Assembly: GCA_046758745.1 (NCBI GenBank) | Contig: JBHIAV010000004.1 | Coordinates: 41,641-105,640 of the forward strand | Direction of reading: 5' to 3' | Origin: Gemmatimonadota bacterium | GTDB lineage: Bacteria > Gemmatimonadota > Gemmatimonadetes > Palauibacterales > Palauibacteraceae | DNA length: 64,000 nt | Part shown: in pieces, positions 47,243-57,589 of the stretch | How the letters are laid out: every line of letters starts with the position of its first letter | Position numbering within the stretch: the first letter of the stretch is position 1 | Program-made: the position numbers and the translations under genes | The notes under the pieces: model-generated | Told to the model about the DNA's origin: nothing | What the model saw: the letters and a program-made list of their open reading frames with translations, nothing else | The model's database searches: none

Positions 47243-48463
47243 ATGTCTGGAACGGATGCCACCATACGGGAAGCCGAGCGATGGAGCGCGCACAACTACG
47301 CGCCTCTGCCCGTCGTCATCGAGCGCGGCCAGGGGTGCTGGGTATGGGATGTCGAGGGGAAGAAGTACCTCGACATGCTGAGCGCCTACTCCGCGCTCAA
47401 TCAGGGGCATCGCCACCCGGCGATCATGGCCGCCCTCACCGCGCAGGCGGCCAAGCTCACCCTCACCTCGCGCGCCTTCCACAACGACCAGATGGGCCCG
47501 TTTCTCAGAGAGCTGTGCGAGGCGAGCGGGTTCCCCCGTGCTCTCCCGATGAACACCGGAGCGGAGGCCGTGGAGACCGCCATCAAGGCGGCCCGGAAGT
47601 GGGGCTACCGCGTCAAGGGAGTGCCCGAGGGAAGAGCGGAGATCATCGCCTGCGAGAACAACTTCCACGGGCGCACGACGACGATCGTCGGCTTCTCGAC
47701 GGAGGCCCAGTACCAAGCCGGCTTCGGTCCGTTCACGCCCGGCTTTCGCCTGATCCCCTATGGCGACGTCGACGCCCTGGCCCGGGCGATCACCGAGAAC
47801 ACGGTCGGCTTCCTAGTCGAGCCCCTCCAGGGAGAGGGAGGCGTCGTCGTGCCGCCGGACGGATACTTCAGGCGGTGCGCCGAACTCTGCCGCGAGAACC
47901 GGGTTCTCCTCCTGAGCGACGAGATCCAGACCGGCCTCGGCCGCACCGGGCGGCTCTTCTGCGGCGACTGGGACGGAGAGCGCGGCGACATCCTGATCGT
48001 CGGGAAGGCGCTCGGCGGGGGCGTTTATCCGGTCTCGGCGATACTCGCCCGGGACGAGGTGATGGACGTGTTCCAGCCCGGCGACCACGGGTCCACCTTC
48101 GGGGGGAACCCGCTCGGCGCGGCGGTCGGGCGGGCGGCCCTGCGGGTCATCCTGGAGGAGGAGCTCCCTCGCCGAGCGGACGAGCTCGGAAGCTGGTTCA
48201 TGGAGCGCCTGCGCGCCATCGACTCGCCACATGTCCGCGAGGTGCGCGGGCGCGGGCTCATGATCGGAGTCGTGATCCGGGAGAGATCGGGCACGGCGCG
48301 GCCGTTCTGCGAGGCGCTCATGGAGAGGGGGATCCTCGCCAAGGAGACGCACCACCAGGTGATTCGCTTCGCCCCGCCGCTCGTCATCACACGCGAGGAG
48401 CTGGAGGGCGTCCTGCCTGCCATCCAGGAGGTCACCATGGGCACGGGAGTGGCCGTAGCGTAG
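47243..48463 (+). CDS. rocD: Ornithine--oxo-acid transaminase
   Basis: HNYAPLP, SAYSALNQGH, MNTGAEAVE, DEIQTGLGRTG, GKALGGG and HGSTFGGNP motifs. Confidence 0.95.
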   Translation: MSGTDATIREAERWSAHNYAPLPVVIERGQGCWVWDVEGKKYLDMLSAYSALNQGHRHPAIMAALTAQAAKLTLTSRAFHNDQMGPFLRELCEASGFPRALPMNTGAEAVETAIKAARKWGYRVKGVPEGRAEIIACENNFHGRTTTIVGFSTEAQYQAGFGPFTPGFRLIPYGDVDALARAITENTVGFLVEPLQGEGGVVVPPDGYFRRCAELCRENRVLLLSDEIQTGLGRTGRLFCGDWDGERGDILIVGKALGGGVYPVSAILARDEVMDVFQPGDHGSTFGGNPLGAAVGRAALRVILEEELPRRADELGSWFMERLRAIDSPHVREVRGRGLMIGVVIRERSGTARPFCEALMERGILAKETHHQVIRFAPPLVITREELEGVLPAIQEVTMGTGVAVA

Positions 48464-48467
48464 TCGC

Positions 48468-49142
48468 CTACGGCTCGACCAGGACCGCCCTCCGGATCAC
48501 CACCGGCTCGACCGGCACGTCTTGCATCGGGCCCTGATTCCCTGCCCGGACCCCCGTCTCCACCGCCGCGATCGAGTCCACCACCTCGAGCCCCTCGATC
48601 ACGCGTCCGAACACCGCATACCCCCAGCGCCCGTGTCCCTGCGCTTCGTGATCGAGGAACTCGTTGTCGACCTCATTGATGAAGAACTGCGACGAGGCGG
48701 AGTGGGGGTCGTTCGTGCGCGCCATGGCGATCGTGCCCCGGAAGTTGCCGAGACGGCTGTCGGACTCGTTGCGGATCGGCGCCTTCGTTGGCTCGCGAAG
48801 CTCCAGCTCCGCGTCGAAGCCCCCACCCTGGATCATGAAGTCGCGGATCACCCGGTGGAAGACGAGCCCGTCATAGAAGCCCTCGCGTACGTACGCCAGG
48901 AAGTTCGCCACGGTCACGGGTGCCTCCGTCTCGTACAGGGCGAGGAGGATGTCGCCCTTCGTCGTTTCGAGCCGGACGCGCGGCGACTCCGCGCTCACCT
49001 TTCCGACCTGCGCCGCCGGGGCGGCCACGGGCGCCGGCTCGTCCGTCTCACCGGATTCCCCCGACCGACTCGAGCCGCCTTCCCCGCACGCGGCGCCTGC
49101 CGCGACGAGCGCGCCGGCCGCCACAACGGCCATCCCTCGCAT
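48468..49142 (-). CDS. Cyclophilin-type peptidyl-prolyl isomerase, lipoprotein
   Basis: FHRVIRDFMIQGGG, AMART...SASSQFFIN and YAVFGRV motifs; lipobox GAA-C. Confidence 0.94.
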   Translation of the reverse strand: MRGMAVVAAGALVAAGAACGEGGSSRSGESGETDEPAPVAAPAAQVGKVSAESPRVRLETTKGDILLALYETEAPVTVANFLAYVREGFYDGLVFHRVIRDFMIQGGGFDAELELREPTKAPIRNESDSRLGNFRGTIAMARTNDPHSASSQFFINEVDNEFLDHEAQGHGRWGYAVFGRVIEGLEVVDSIAAVETGVRAGNQGPMQDVPVEPVVIRRAVLVEP

Positions 49143-49206
49143 CTCCTCGATCCTCTTCCGATGGTGCCTCGACCGGGCCGCGAGTGCGACCCCGGAAACG
49201 GGCAGG

Positions 49207-49953
49207 CTAATCCGTTCCGCCTCCCGGCGCTAGCCGGCGACGACGAATCTCCTCCTGCTGGTGACGCAGCACGGCGATGACCCGGTCGACGATCTGCTGG
49301 GCGGTGTCCTTGGACCGCTCTTCGCCGAGGAAATCAGAGTAGTCGACGGGCGCCCCGTACATCACATAGATGCGCCGAAACAGCCGTGGAAAGAACCGGC
49401 CCACCGGAAGCACGTCGCTCATGCCGTCGATGGTCACCGGTATCACGGTGGGATGATTCGCCAGAATCAGCAGCCCCGCCCCGGGCCGGCCGTCCCGTAT
49501 CGAGCCGTCTCGCGTTCGGGTTCCCTCCGGGAAAAGCGTCATGGTTCCGCCGCGGAGCGCTCGGATCATCCGGTGCAGCGCCTTGAGATCCCGACGGCCG
49601 GGCCGCACGGGGATGCACTTCCACTGGTCCGACCACCAGCCGAGGAAAGGGTTGCGGTAGAAGTTCTCCTCCGCAGCCGGATTCCAGGGGATGAGGTACG
49701 GCTTCCACCAGGAATGCGGGTAGAAGGCGCAGAAGCCGACGAGAAAGCTGTCGATCATCGACTGGTGGTTGGAGAGGAGAAGAGTGTTCCGCTCCTTGGG
49801 CACGTTGCCCCGCCCGATCACCGTGGTCCGGTTCAGAACGAAGAAGAAGATCGAACCGAGCGTCACCGTGAGGTTGGTGATTAGGTAGCGGGTGAACGGC
49901 CAGAAGAAGTTGAACAGCTTCCCCCGGTGTTGCGCGCGGTATTCCTCCGCCAT
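49207..49953 (-). CDS. Lysophospholipid acyltransferase (PlsC/tafazzin-like)
   Basis: NHQSMID and FPEGTR motifs. Start ATG 49953 follows GGAGG. Confidence 0.9.
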   Translation of the reverse strand: MAEEYRAQHRGKLFNFFWPFTRYLITNLTVTLGSIFFFVLNRTTVIGRGNVPKERNTLLLSNHQSMIDSFLVGFCAFYPHSWWKPYLIPWNPAAEENFYRNPFLGWWSDQWKCIPVRPGRRDLKALHRMIRALRGGTMTLFPEGTRTRDGSIRDGRPGAGLLILANHPTVIPVTIDGMSDVLPVGRFFPRLFRRIYVMYGAPVDYSDFLGEERSKDTAQQIVDRVIAVLRHQQEEIRRRRLAPGGGTD

Positions 49954-50218
49954 GCCTCCATCCTTCCGTGTCGAGCATCGGAGCTCATCCGAGCCGGCCG
50001 TCCATCCGGACGGGAGTCCGGGTCGGCCCGCCCTGAGGAGGGCTCCGGCGAGCGACGGGGCGGCATTCCGTTCCGACGGCGTGCAAATATTCGGGGCTCG
50101 CCGTGCCCAGGCCAGCCGGCCGTGCGATGCGGGCGCGGCAGGGCGGATGGTGCTAGCTTGCCGCGCAGGCTTCCCGTCGAGGGAGCCCGGCCCATAGTCG
50201 ACACCGACAGGACACAGG

Positions 50219-53023
50219 ATGGCGGCGACCCCCGGAAGGAGCCAAGACTCGTTCGGCACGCGACGCGAGCTGACGCTGCCCGACGGAACCTGCACGACGA
50301 TCTTCGACATCGCCGCCCTCGAGCGCCGCGGCATCGGGAGCGTGAGCCGCCTCCCCTTTTCGGTGCGAATACTTCTGGAGAACCTCCTCCGGCACGAAGA
50401 CGGCGAGTGCGTGAGCGCCGATGATGTGGCGACCCTGGCCGGGTGGGACCCCGGCGCGCTGCCGGAGCGGGAGATCGCTTTCATGCCGGCGCGGGTGCTC
50501 CTCCAGGACTTCACCGGCGTGCCGGCGGCGGTGGACCTCGCCGCCATGCGCGACGCCATGGAGGAGCTGGGAGGGGACGCGGCCCGCATCAACCCGCTCC
50601 TGCCGTCGGAGCTGGTCATCGACCACTCGGTTCAGGTCGACTCCTTCGGCAGTGCGGCTTCCTTCTTCATCAACGCCGAGAGGGAGTTCGAAAGGAACCG
50701 GGAGCGATACGCCTTCCTGCGCTGGGGCCAGAAGGCGTTCGACAACTTCAAAGTCGTCCCGCCGGACACCGGGATCGTGCATCAGGTGAACCTGGAGTAC
50801 CTCGCCCGCGTCGTGTTCGACGAAACGGTGAACGGGACCCGCCTGGCATACCCTGACACGCTCGTCGGAACCGACAGCCACACCACGATGATCAACGGCC
50901 TCGGGGTGCTCGGTTGGGGCGTCGGCGGTATCGAGGCGGAGGCGGCGATGCTCGGAGAGGCCATCACCTTCCTCATCCCGGAGGTGGTTGGCTTCCGGCT
51001 GTACGGGCGCCTGCCGGAGGGAGCTACGGCCACCGATCTCGTCCTTCGCGTCACGGAGATGCTTCGGGAGAAGGGAGTGGTCGGCCGGTTCGTGGAGTTC
51101 TTCGGAGACGGCATCGAGAGCCTGTCGCTGGCCGATCGCGCAACGATCGGCAACATGTCCCCCGAGTACGGGGCCACCTGCGCGATCTTCCCGATCGATG
51201 GCGAGACCCTGGAGTACCTGCGCTTCACCGGCCGCGACGAGGCACACATCGCACTTGTGGAGGCGTACGCCAAGGAGGTCGGGCTCTTCCATACCGCGGA
51301 GAGCCCCCCGGCCGCGTATTCGGACACGCTGGAGCTGGATCTCGGTACGGTGGAACCGAGCCTCGCCGGGCCGAAGCTCCCGCAGCAGCGGATCGCGCTG
51401 ACTCATGTCAAAGAGTCCTTCCTGGACGCCCTCGGCTCCATGCTGCGGGACGGCAGCCCGCCCACCCCCGCCTCGGCGCTCGAGCGCTGGGAGGAAGAAG
51501 GGGGTGATGCGAGCGGCGTGGTCGTCGCCACCGCTGCGCCGACGGGCGTCGCCGTTCGGCTGGAGGCGGAGAACCCGGATGGGAAACCGGTCGAGGTCGA
51601 GCTCCACCACGGCTCCGTTGTGATCGCGGCCATCACGAGCTGCACGAACACCTCAAACCCGAGCGTGATGGTCGGGGCCGGCCTCCTCGCCAGAAAGGCG
51701 GTCGAGCGCGGTCTGCGCACAAAGCCATGGGTAAAGACCAGTCTCGCTCCCGGCTCGAAGGTCGTCACCCAGTACCTGAAGGAGGCGAGGCTCATGCCGG
51801 CTCTCGAGGCGCTCGGCTTCCACCTCGTGGGGTACGGCTGCACCACGTGCATCGGGAACAGCGGCCCTCTCCCCGCCCCGATCTCCAAGGCCATCGAGGA
51901 GCACGGGCTCGTCGCCTGCTCCGTACTGTCCGGAAACCGCAACTTCGAGGGCCGCATCAATCCTGACACCCGGGCGAATTTCCTCGCCTCGCCGCCGCTG
52001 GTGGTGGCCTACGCTCTGGCCGGGCGGATGGACATCGACCTGTACAACGAGCCTATCGGGACGGGACGGGACGGTGAAGACGTGTGCCTGCGCGATATCT
52101 GGCCTTCACAGGCAGAGATCCGGGACACGATTCGCGGCGCGGTGAAGACGGAGATGTTCGCCGAGCAGTACGCCGACGTGTTCACCGGCGACGAGAAGTG
52201 GCGCGGCCTGCCGGTTCCGGAGCGCAAGCGCTTCGCCTGGGACTCCGAGTCCACCTACGTGCGCCAACCTCCCTTTTTCCAGGGCATGGCCGCCGAGCCG
52301 GAACCGCTCGAGGACATCCGGAGCGCGCGCGTTCTCGCGTTGCTCGGCGACTCGGTCACCACCGACCACATCTCCCCCGCCGGCTCGTTCAGGAAGGACT
52401 CGCCATCCGGTCGCTACCTCATCGAGCACGGCGTTCCGGTGAGGGAGTTCAACTCGTACGGGGCGCGGCGGGGGAATCACGAGGTGATGATGAGGGGCAC
52501 CTTCGCCAACGTCCGTCTCCGGAACCGACTCGTACCGGGGGTCGAGGGAGGCGTCACCCGGCACCTGCCCAGCGGGGACCGGATGTCCATCTACGATGCC
52601 GCGATGCGCTATCGGGACGAGGGGGTTCCGCTGATCGTGCTCGCCGGCAAGGAGTACGGCACCGGCTCATCGCGCGACTGGGCCGCCAAGGGTCCCAGGC
52701 TGCTCGGCGTGCGTGCGGTCATTGCCGTCGGCTACGAGCGGATCCACCGGAGTAACCTGATCGGGATGGGCGTGTTGCCGCTCCAGTTTCGGTCGGGAGA
52801 ATCGGCCGATGCGCTCGGACTGGACGGCACCGAGAGCTACGACATCACCGGGATCGCCGAAGGTGTGGAGCCCGGCGCCATGGTTCGCGTGCGCGCCTCA
52901 GCGGTGGATGGCGAGGTGAAGGAGTTCGAGGCGGTATCGCGGCTCGACACGGGGGTCGAGGTGCGCTACTACCGGAACGGAGGGATCCTGCACACCGTCC
53001 TTCGTCAGATGCTTCGAGAATAG
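50219..53023 (+). CDS. acnA: Aconitate hydratase A
   Basis: [44 protein letters not shown] and [10 protein letters not shown] motifs. Confidence 0.98.
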   Translation: MAATPGRSQDSFGTRRELTLPDGTCTTIFDIAALERRGIGSVSRLPFSVRILLENLLRHEDGECVSADDVATLAGWDPGALPEREIAFMPARVLLQDFTGVPAAVDLAAMRDAMEELGGDAARINPLLPSELVIDHSVQVDSFGSAASFFINAEREFERNRERYAFLRWGQKAFDNFKVVPPDTGIVHQVNLEYLARVVFDETVNGTRLAYPDTLVGTDSHTTMINGLGVLGWGVGGIEAEAAMLGEAITFLIPEVVGFRLYGRLPEGATATDLVLRVTEMLREKGVVGRFVEFFGDGIESLSLADRATIGNMSPEYGATCAIFPIDGETLEYLRFTGRDEAHIALVEAYAKEVGLFHTAESPPAAYSDTLELDLGTVEPSLAGPKLPQQRIALTHVKESFLDALGSMLRDGSPPTPASALERWEEEGGDASGVVVATAAPTGVAVRLEAENPDGKPVEVELHHGSVVIAAITSCTNTSNPSVMVGAGLLARKAVERGLRTKPWVKTSLAPGSKVVTQYLKEARLMPALEALGFHLVGYGCTTCIGNSGPLPAPISKAIEEHGLVACSVLSGNRNFEGRINPDTRANFLASPPLVVAYALAGRMDIDLYNEPIGTGRDGEDVCLRDIWPSQAEIRDTIRGAVKTEMFAEQYADVFTGDEKWRGLPVPERKRFAWDSESTYVRQPPFFQGMAAEPEPLEDIRSARVLALLGDSVTTDHISPAGSFRKDSPSGRYLIEHGVPVREFNSYGARRGNHEVMMRGTFANVRLRNRLVPGVEGGVTRHLPSGDRMSIYDAAMRYRDEGVPLIVLAGKEYGTGSSRDWAAKGPRLLGVRAVIAVGYERIHRSNLIGMGVLPLQFRSGESADALGLDGTESYDITGIAEGVEPGAMVRVRASAVDGEVKEFEAVSRLDTGVEVRYYRNGGILHTVLRQMLRE

Positions 53024-53097
53024 AGGTCCGGCCGTCGGTCGCGCGGGCGGGCCGCAGGCTCGGATCGGCGGGCGGCACGCTCGCCCCTCCCCGGCCG

Positions 53098-54774
53098 CTA
53101 CATGCGTTTGTAGCTCGGCCCGCTACCTCCCTCCCGCGGCGTCCACCGCGGGCCGAGCACATCCGTGGCCTTGCAGTCCACGCAGTTCGGAGCGTTCACC
53201 ACGAGAGTGCCGTCCCGCCACTCGTAGACGCCTGCCGGGCACATATGCTCGTAGAAGTCCGCGAGCTCCCGGGTCACCCCCTCCGGCGCGATGAGGTGAG
53301 AGGGAATATCATCGCGCGTCGTGTTTCCGGAGCGGAAGACGGCGTCCACCTTGCTGAAGACGTACCGGCCGTTCGGAAGCGGAACCGGCGCCCGGCCGGT
53401 TCTCGGTTCCTCGGCGTCGGCCGCGGCGGCGATTCGCGCGCCTGGGAAGACTCCACGGGATACGCTCATCAGAGCCGCCTTGACGCCACCGGTGAAGAAG
53501 CCGGACTTGAAGGCCAGACGCATGTTGCGACGCCGGTAGAGGTCCCTTCCGATCACGCTCCTCCGCACCAGCGAGTCGTAGGGCGCCAGTCCGGAGGCGG
53601 AGGTGTCCCCGGCTTTCAGGGCCCGAAAGATCGTCCGCGCGGCGAAGATACCGGAGAACATCGCGTAATGGATCCCCTTCAGGGACGAGACGTCCACCAG
53701 TCCCGCCGCGTCCCCCGCGATCAACAAGCCATCTCCGTACAGCCGCTCCGGCAGCGAGTGGAATCCGCCCTCCGGGATCGTCTTGGCACCCCATTCCACC
53801 ATCTCGCCGCCCTCGAGGTAACGGCGGAAGAGCGGGTGGCCCTTCATCCCCTGAAGCAGCAGGTGGACGTCCAGGTCGCGCTGCGGGTAGTCGAGCCCTA
53901 CGACCAGACCGATGGATGCCAGGCCCTCTCCCATCGGGTAGAGAAAGCTGCCGCCGAACGCATCGCGTGGGAGCGGCCAGCCAAGGGAATGGATCACCGC
54001 GTCGGGCGGGTGCTCCACCTGCCACAGCTCCTTCACCCCGAGGGCGTACATCGGCGGGTTGGCGGAGGAGATCCCGCGGTCCTGGAGGTACGCCTGCGTC
54101 AACGAGCCGCGCGTTCCTTCTGCGAGAACCGTCACACGGGCGGATACATCAGTGGGCGGCACGTAGCCGCCGCCCTGCCCTCCGTCGCGATCGAGTCCAG
54201 CCGGCGTTGTACGGACACCGAGGACCCTGCCTCCGTCCGTGAGGAGCGAGGCGGCCGGGAAGCCGGTGAACACATTCACCCCCTGCTCCTCCGCTCGGGC
54301 GCCGAGCCACCGGACGATCTCGCATATGGAGGCCACGTGGTTGCCGTGGTTGCGCATGGTCGGGGGGGTAGGCAGCCGAATCCGGCCGCGCTCGGTGAGG
54401 AGATACACACGGTCGCGCCCGACCCGCCCCCGAAAAGGCAGGTCCTCGACAGGCAAGTCTCGGAAGAGCTCTCGGAACGGTCCCGGGTTCACGACGGCCC
54501 CGGAGAGGCAGTGCTCGCCGAGTCCGTCCGCCTTCTCGAGCACCCCGATCTCCAGTTCTCCGAGCCCGCCTCCCACCTCCGCGTCCGCCCGCGCGAGGCG
54601 AGCCAGCTCGATGGCACCCGCCAGGCCCGCCGGCCCACCCCCCACGAAGAGCACATCCAGAGGCACGGCCTCCTCCCCGGGTTCCTCCCGAAGGAGCAGC
54701 TGCTCGGTAGGCAGGGGAGGCTGGAAGGCGGCGGGAACGAGCGGCGCTCCCGGAGAGGTCCGATCCTCGGCCAT
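53098..54774 (-). CDS. Electron transfer flavoprotein-ubiquinone oxidoreductase (FixC plus FixX-like ferredoxin)
   Basis: GGGPAG, LSGAV, AEGTRG, AKTIPEGG and GDAAG motifs; C-terminal CPAGVYE...NCVDCK...PREGGSGP. Start ATG 54774. Confidence 0.92.
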   Translation of the reverse strand: MAEDRTSPGAPLVPAAFQPPLPTEQLLLREEPGEEAVPLDVLFVGGGPAGLAGAIELARLARADAEVGGGLGELEIGVLEKADGLGEHCLSGAVVNPGPFRELFRDLPVEDLPFRGRVGRDRVYLLTERGRIRLPTPPTMRNHGNHVASICEIVRWLGARAEEQGVNVFTGFPAASLLTDGGRVLGVRTTPAGLDRDGGQGGGYVPPTDVSARVTVLAEGTRGSLTQAYLQDRGISSANPPMYALGVKELWQVEHPPDAVIHSLGWPLPRDAFGGSFLYPMGEGLASIGLVVGLDYPQRDLDVHLLLQGMKGHPLFRRYLEGGEMVEWGAKTIPEGGFHSLPERLYGDGLLIAGDAAGLVDVSSLKGIHYAMFSGIFAARTIFRALKAGDTSASGLAPYDSLVRRSVIGRDLYRRRNMRLAFKSGFFTGGVKAALMSVSRGVFPGARIAAAADAEEPRTGRAPVPLPNGRYVFSKVDAVFRSGNTTRDDIPSHLIAPEGVTRELADFYEHMCPAGVYEWRDGTLVVNAPNCVDCKATDVLGPRWTPREGGSGPSYKRM

Positions 54775-54899
54775 CGAAGTCGCTTTCCTGTCTTGCGTTG
54801 GTATGCAGGAGCCGAGCAAAATGCGCGGTCCGACCCGGGGTGTCCAGCGTGCCGTAGGCCACCCTCACCTCGCGCCCCCCGACCTGAGGGGAGAAGCCG

Positions 54900-56291
54900 A
54901 TGGAACGATCCGCCAATCGTGTCGGGCCGCCGTACATGAACAGAGCGAGAACCCGCGTCACACGCGCCTTCAACACTTTCATCGAGAAGGAAGCGTCGGG
55001 CGGAATCGCGATTCTGGTCGCGGCGATCGTGGCACTCCTGGTGGGCAATTCCCGATTCGGGGGCGCATATGTGCAGCTCTGGCACACCGACGTCGGCCTC
55101 TCCATCGGCGGCCATGCCTTGAGGCTTTCGCTTCAGCACTGGATCAACGACGGGCTGATGACGATCTTCTTCTTCGTTGTCGGCCTGGAGATCAAGCGAG
55201 AGATCCTTGTCGGCGAGCTCTCCACGGCGCGCAAAGCCGCGCTTCCGGTCATCGGTGCCGCGGGAGGAGCGGCCCTACCGGCGCTCATCTACTTCGCCCT
55301 GAACCATACAGGACCCTACCGTCACGGGTGGGGGATCCCGATGGCCACCGACATCGCCTTCGCAGTGGGGCTTCTCGCGCTGCTGGGAAGCCGGGCACCT
55401 CTGTGGCTCAAGACCTTCGTCACGGCACTCGCGATCGCCGACGATATCCTCGCCGTGCTGGTGATCGCGCTCTTCTATTCGGCAGACCTGAACATCGGCG
55501 CGCTGTGGTGGGCGGGGGCGATGATGTGCGTGCTGGCGCTGCTGAATCGTGCCGGCGTGCGCTCCACCTGGGCGTACGTGATCCCAGCGATCGCGCTATG
55601 GTACGTGGTACTGCAGTCAGGCGTCCACGCGACGATCGCCGGGGTCATCGCGGCCGCGTTCGTGCCCGCCTCCTTCCCGGACGAGACACCCGAAAGGACG
55701 GCCTCCGACCTGCAGAAGGCGTTCGTCGGCTACGCACGGGCGCTCGCGCCGTTCGACAGCTCGGAGGAGGGGCTGGACGCGAAGGACATCCGCGAAGAGA
55801 TCCTGCGAGATCTGGCCAGGGAAGTGACCGCCTCGGAGGCACCGCTGTACCGGCTCGAGCACTCGCTCCACCCGTGGGTGGCCTTCCTCATCTTGCCCCT
55901 CTTCGCCTTCGCGAACGCCGGGGTCCGAATCCCGCTCGCCACGCTCGGCGAGGCCCTCACCCATCCGCTGACGCTCGGGGTGTCCCTCGGACTCTTCTTC
56001 GGCAAGCAGATCGGCATCACCGCGGCGGCGTGGCTCGCCGTCCGTCTGGGAGTGGCGGAGCTCGCGGCCGGTGGGCACTGGCGGACCTTGTGGGGAGGCG
56101 CCCTCCTGGCCGGTGTCGGGTTCACCATGTCGATCTTCATCGCGTCCCTCGCCTTCGCCGAGCCCGAAGCGCTGGATCTCGCCAAGATCGGCATCCTGGG
56201 CGGCTCCGTGATCTCGGGCCTCGCCGGGTACGTGGCACTGCGCGCGGCGCCCGCCGGACCGAACGTCCGGGAAGAGGTGCCCATGGGGTAG
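54900..56291 (+). CDS. nhaA: Na+/H+ antiporter NhaA
   Basis: WINDGLM, GLEIKRE, ATDIAF, LAIADD, SGVHAT and GFTMSIF motifs. Confidence 0.96.
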   Translation: MERSANRVGPPYMNRARTRVTRAFNTFIEKEASGGIAILVAAIVALLVGNSRFGGAYVQLWHTDVGLSIGGHALRLSLQHWINDGLMTIFFFVVGLEIKREILVGELSTARKAALPVIGAAGGAALPALIYFALNHTGPYRHGWGIPMATDIAFAVGLLALLGSRAPLWLKTFVTALAIADDILAVLVIALFYSADLNIGALWWAGAMMCVLALLNRAGVRSTWAYVIPAIALWYVVLQSGVHATIAGVIAAAFVPASFPDETPERTASDLQKAFVGYARALAPFDSSEEGLDAKDIREEILRDLAREVTASEAPLYRLEHSLHPWVAFLILPLFAFANAGVRIPLATLGEALTHPLTLGVSLGLFFGKQIGITAAAWLAVRLGVAELAAGGHWRTLWGGALLAGVGFTMSIFIASLAFAEPEALDLAKIGILGGSVISGLAGYVALRAAPAGPNVREEVPMG

Positions 56292-56329
56292 GCGACGGGA
56301 TACCCGGCCGAGAGGCAGCGCGCGCGCGA

Positions 56330-57064
56330 ATGAAGAGGCTGCCGGACGCCTTGCTGAGCGCCCTGGTGTGGGCAACATGGGCGATCCTGGTGATCGCGTG
56401 GACCCCTCTCGTCGCCGTGACCTATCTGGCCACTGTGCGACGTGACCCTGGAAGACGAGCCGCCGGGCGTCTCTTTCGGCGCTGCGCCGCCGTTGCGACC
56501 CGGCTGAATCTCTTCTGGAACGCCCGGATCGTCGGCGACCGACCGGCCGCCGAGGACCATCCGTTCGTCGTCGTGTGCAACCACGAGTCGCTGGCGGATG
56601 TCGTGCTGGTCGGCTCGGTGCCTTGGGAGATGAAGTGGCTTTCGAAGGAATCGAACTTTCGCATACCGTTCCTCGGCTGGATGATGCGGATGGCGGGTGA
56701 CCTGCGTGTGCAACGGGATGATCCGGACAGTCGAGCCAAGGCCTACGACAGGCTGAAGGAGTACCTGGCGAGGGGTGTCTCGGTGATGATCTTCCCGGAG
56801 GGCACTCGCTCCCGCACCGATGAGCTTCTCCCGTTTCGGAACGGCGCCTTCCGACTGGCGATCGAGACAGGGCGGCCCGTCTTGCCCCTCGCCGTCTCGG
56901 GAACGCGACAGTCGATTCGCAAGGGCTCGCTTCTTTTCAACCACTCACGGGTCGTGGTGCGCATCCTGCCGCCAGTCCCGGTGAAGGGCCTCGTCGAGGA
57001 GGATATCGAGCCGTTGCGCGACCGGGTGCGCGATCTGATCGACTCCGCTCGCCGCGGACGCTGA
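56330..57064 (+). CDS. 1-acyl-sn-glycerol-3-phosphate acyltransferase family protein
   Basis: NHESLAD and FPEGTRS motifs. The true start is ATG 56330, inside the long ORF 54239..57064. Confidence 0.9.
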   Translation: MKRLPDALLSALVWATWAILVIAWTPLVAVTYLATVRRDPGRRAAGRLFRRCAAVATRLNLFWNARIVGDRPAAEDHPFVVVCNHESLADVVLVGSVPWEMKWLSKESNFRIPFLGWMMRMAGDLRVQRDDPDSRAKAYDRLKEYLARGVSVMIFPEGTRSRTDELLPFRNGAFRLAIETGRPVLPLAVSGTRQSIRKGSLLFNHSRVVVRILPPVPVKGLVEEDIEPLRDRVRDLIDSARRGR

Positions 57065-57172
57065 GGGCGGAACGCGGCCGGTAGGGTGGCTAGGCCTCCG
57101 GGGCGAGGGACCCGGCTCCCCCTCCAGGCGGGGGATCGGCCTCCAGACGGGTCCTCGGGGAAGTTGGCTCGT

Positions 57173-57209
57173 GTAGGCCGGGACCTGAGGCAGGCACGCC
57201 CCGGCCTAC
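57173..57209. terminator. Inverted repeat between convergent genes (possible bidirectional terminator)
   Basis: GTAGGCCGGG-N17-CCCGGCCTAC. Confidence 0.4.
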
Positions 57210-57224
57210 GGCATGGGGTACAGT

Positions 57225-57455
57225 CTAGCTATCCGATGCGGCCGGGGGCTCCACGGAGCAGCTGTTGAGGCCGAGCATCTTGTTGACCGGGCAGTAGCGA
57301 ACGACCCCGGTGATGAGCGCCACCCCACCGACCAGAAAAGCAATCCCACCCCAGAACCCGGCGAGATCCTGCGAGATGACGAGAACGATCAGGGCGAGTC
57401 CCACGATCACCCGGATCGCCCGATCCCACCCGCCGACGTTACGTACCAGGGCCAT
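57225..57455 (-). CDS. DUF2892 (YgaP-like) membrane protein
   Basis: RNVGGWDRAIR...TGVVRYCPVNKMLGLNSC; SD GGAGG. Confidence 0.9.
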   Translation of the reverse strand: MALVRNVGGWDRAIRVIVGLALIVLVISQDLAGFWGGIAFLVGGVALITGVVRYCPVNKMLGLNSCSVEPPAASDS

Positions 57456-57589
57456 GATCATTCCTCCGCAGGAGTGTCTTCTCGGATCCCTCGCAATATA
57501 AGCGGCCGCTTCCCGCTGCATAAGGCGGGCCGTCGCATCGAGGCGCAGCCGGGCCACGCTCGCAAGCCACTGGGGAGACTCGAATTGCG

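Noticed and set aside
50167..50187. Hairpin in the acnA 5' UTR considered as an iron-responsive-element-like site
   Set aside because: It lacks the CAGUG loop and bulged C, so it looks like an ordinary GC-rich hairpin.
54838..54935. Possible nhaA-associated (Li+/Na+) riboswitch: a GGGTG...CACCC hairpin upstream of nhaA
   Set aside because: Only a short GC hairpin is visible, and I cannot match it reliably to the nhaA-I or nhaA-II consensus by eye. An Infernal search would be needed.
54239..56329. Apparent 941-aa fusion ORF ending in an acyltransferase
   Set aside because: The upstream part overlaps ETF-QO (antisense) and nhaA (another frame). Only 56330..57064 is a credible gene.
57173..57209. 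GTAG-flanked inverted repeat resembling a REP element
   Set aside because: It is a single copy in the window with no RAYT gene. A terminator between convergent genes is the simpler explanation.
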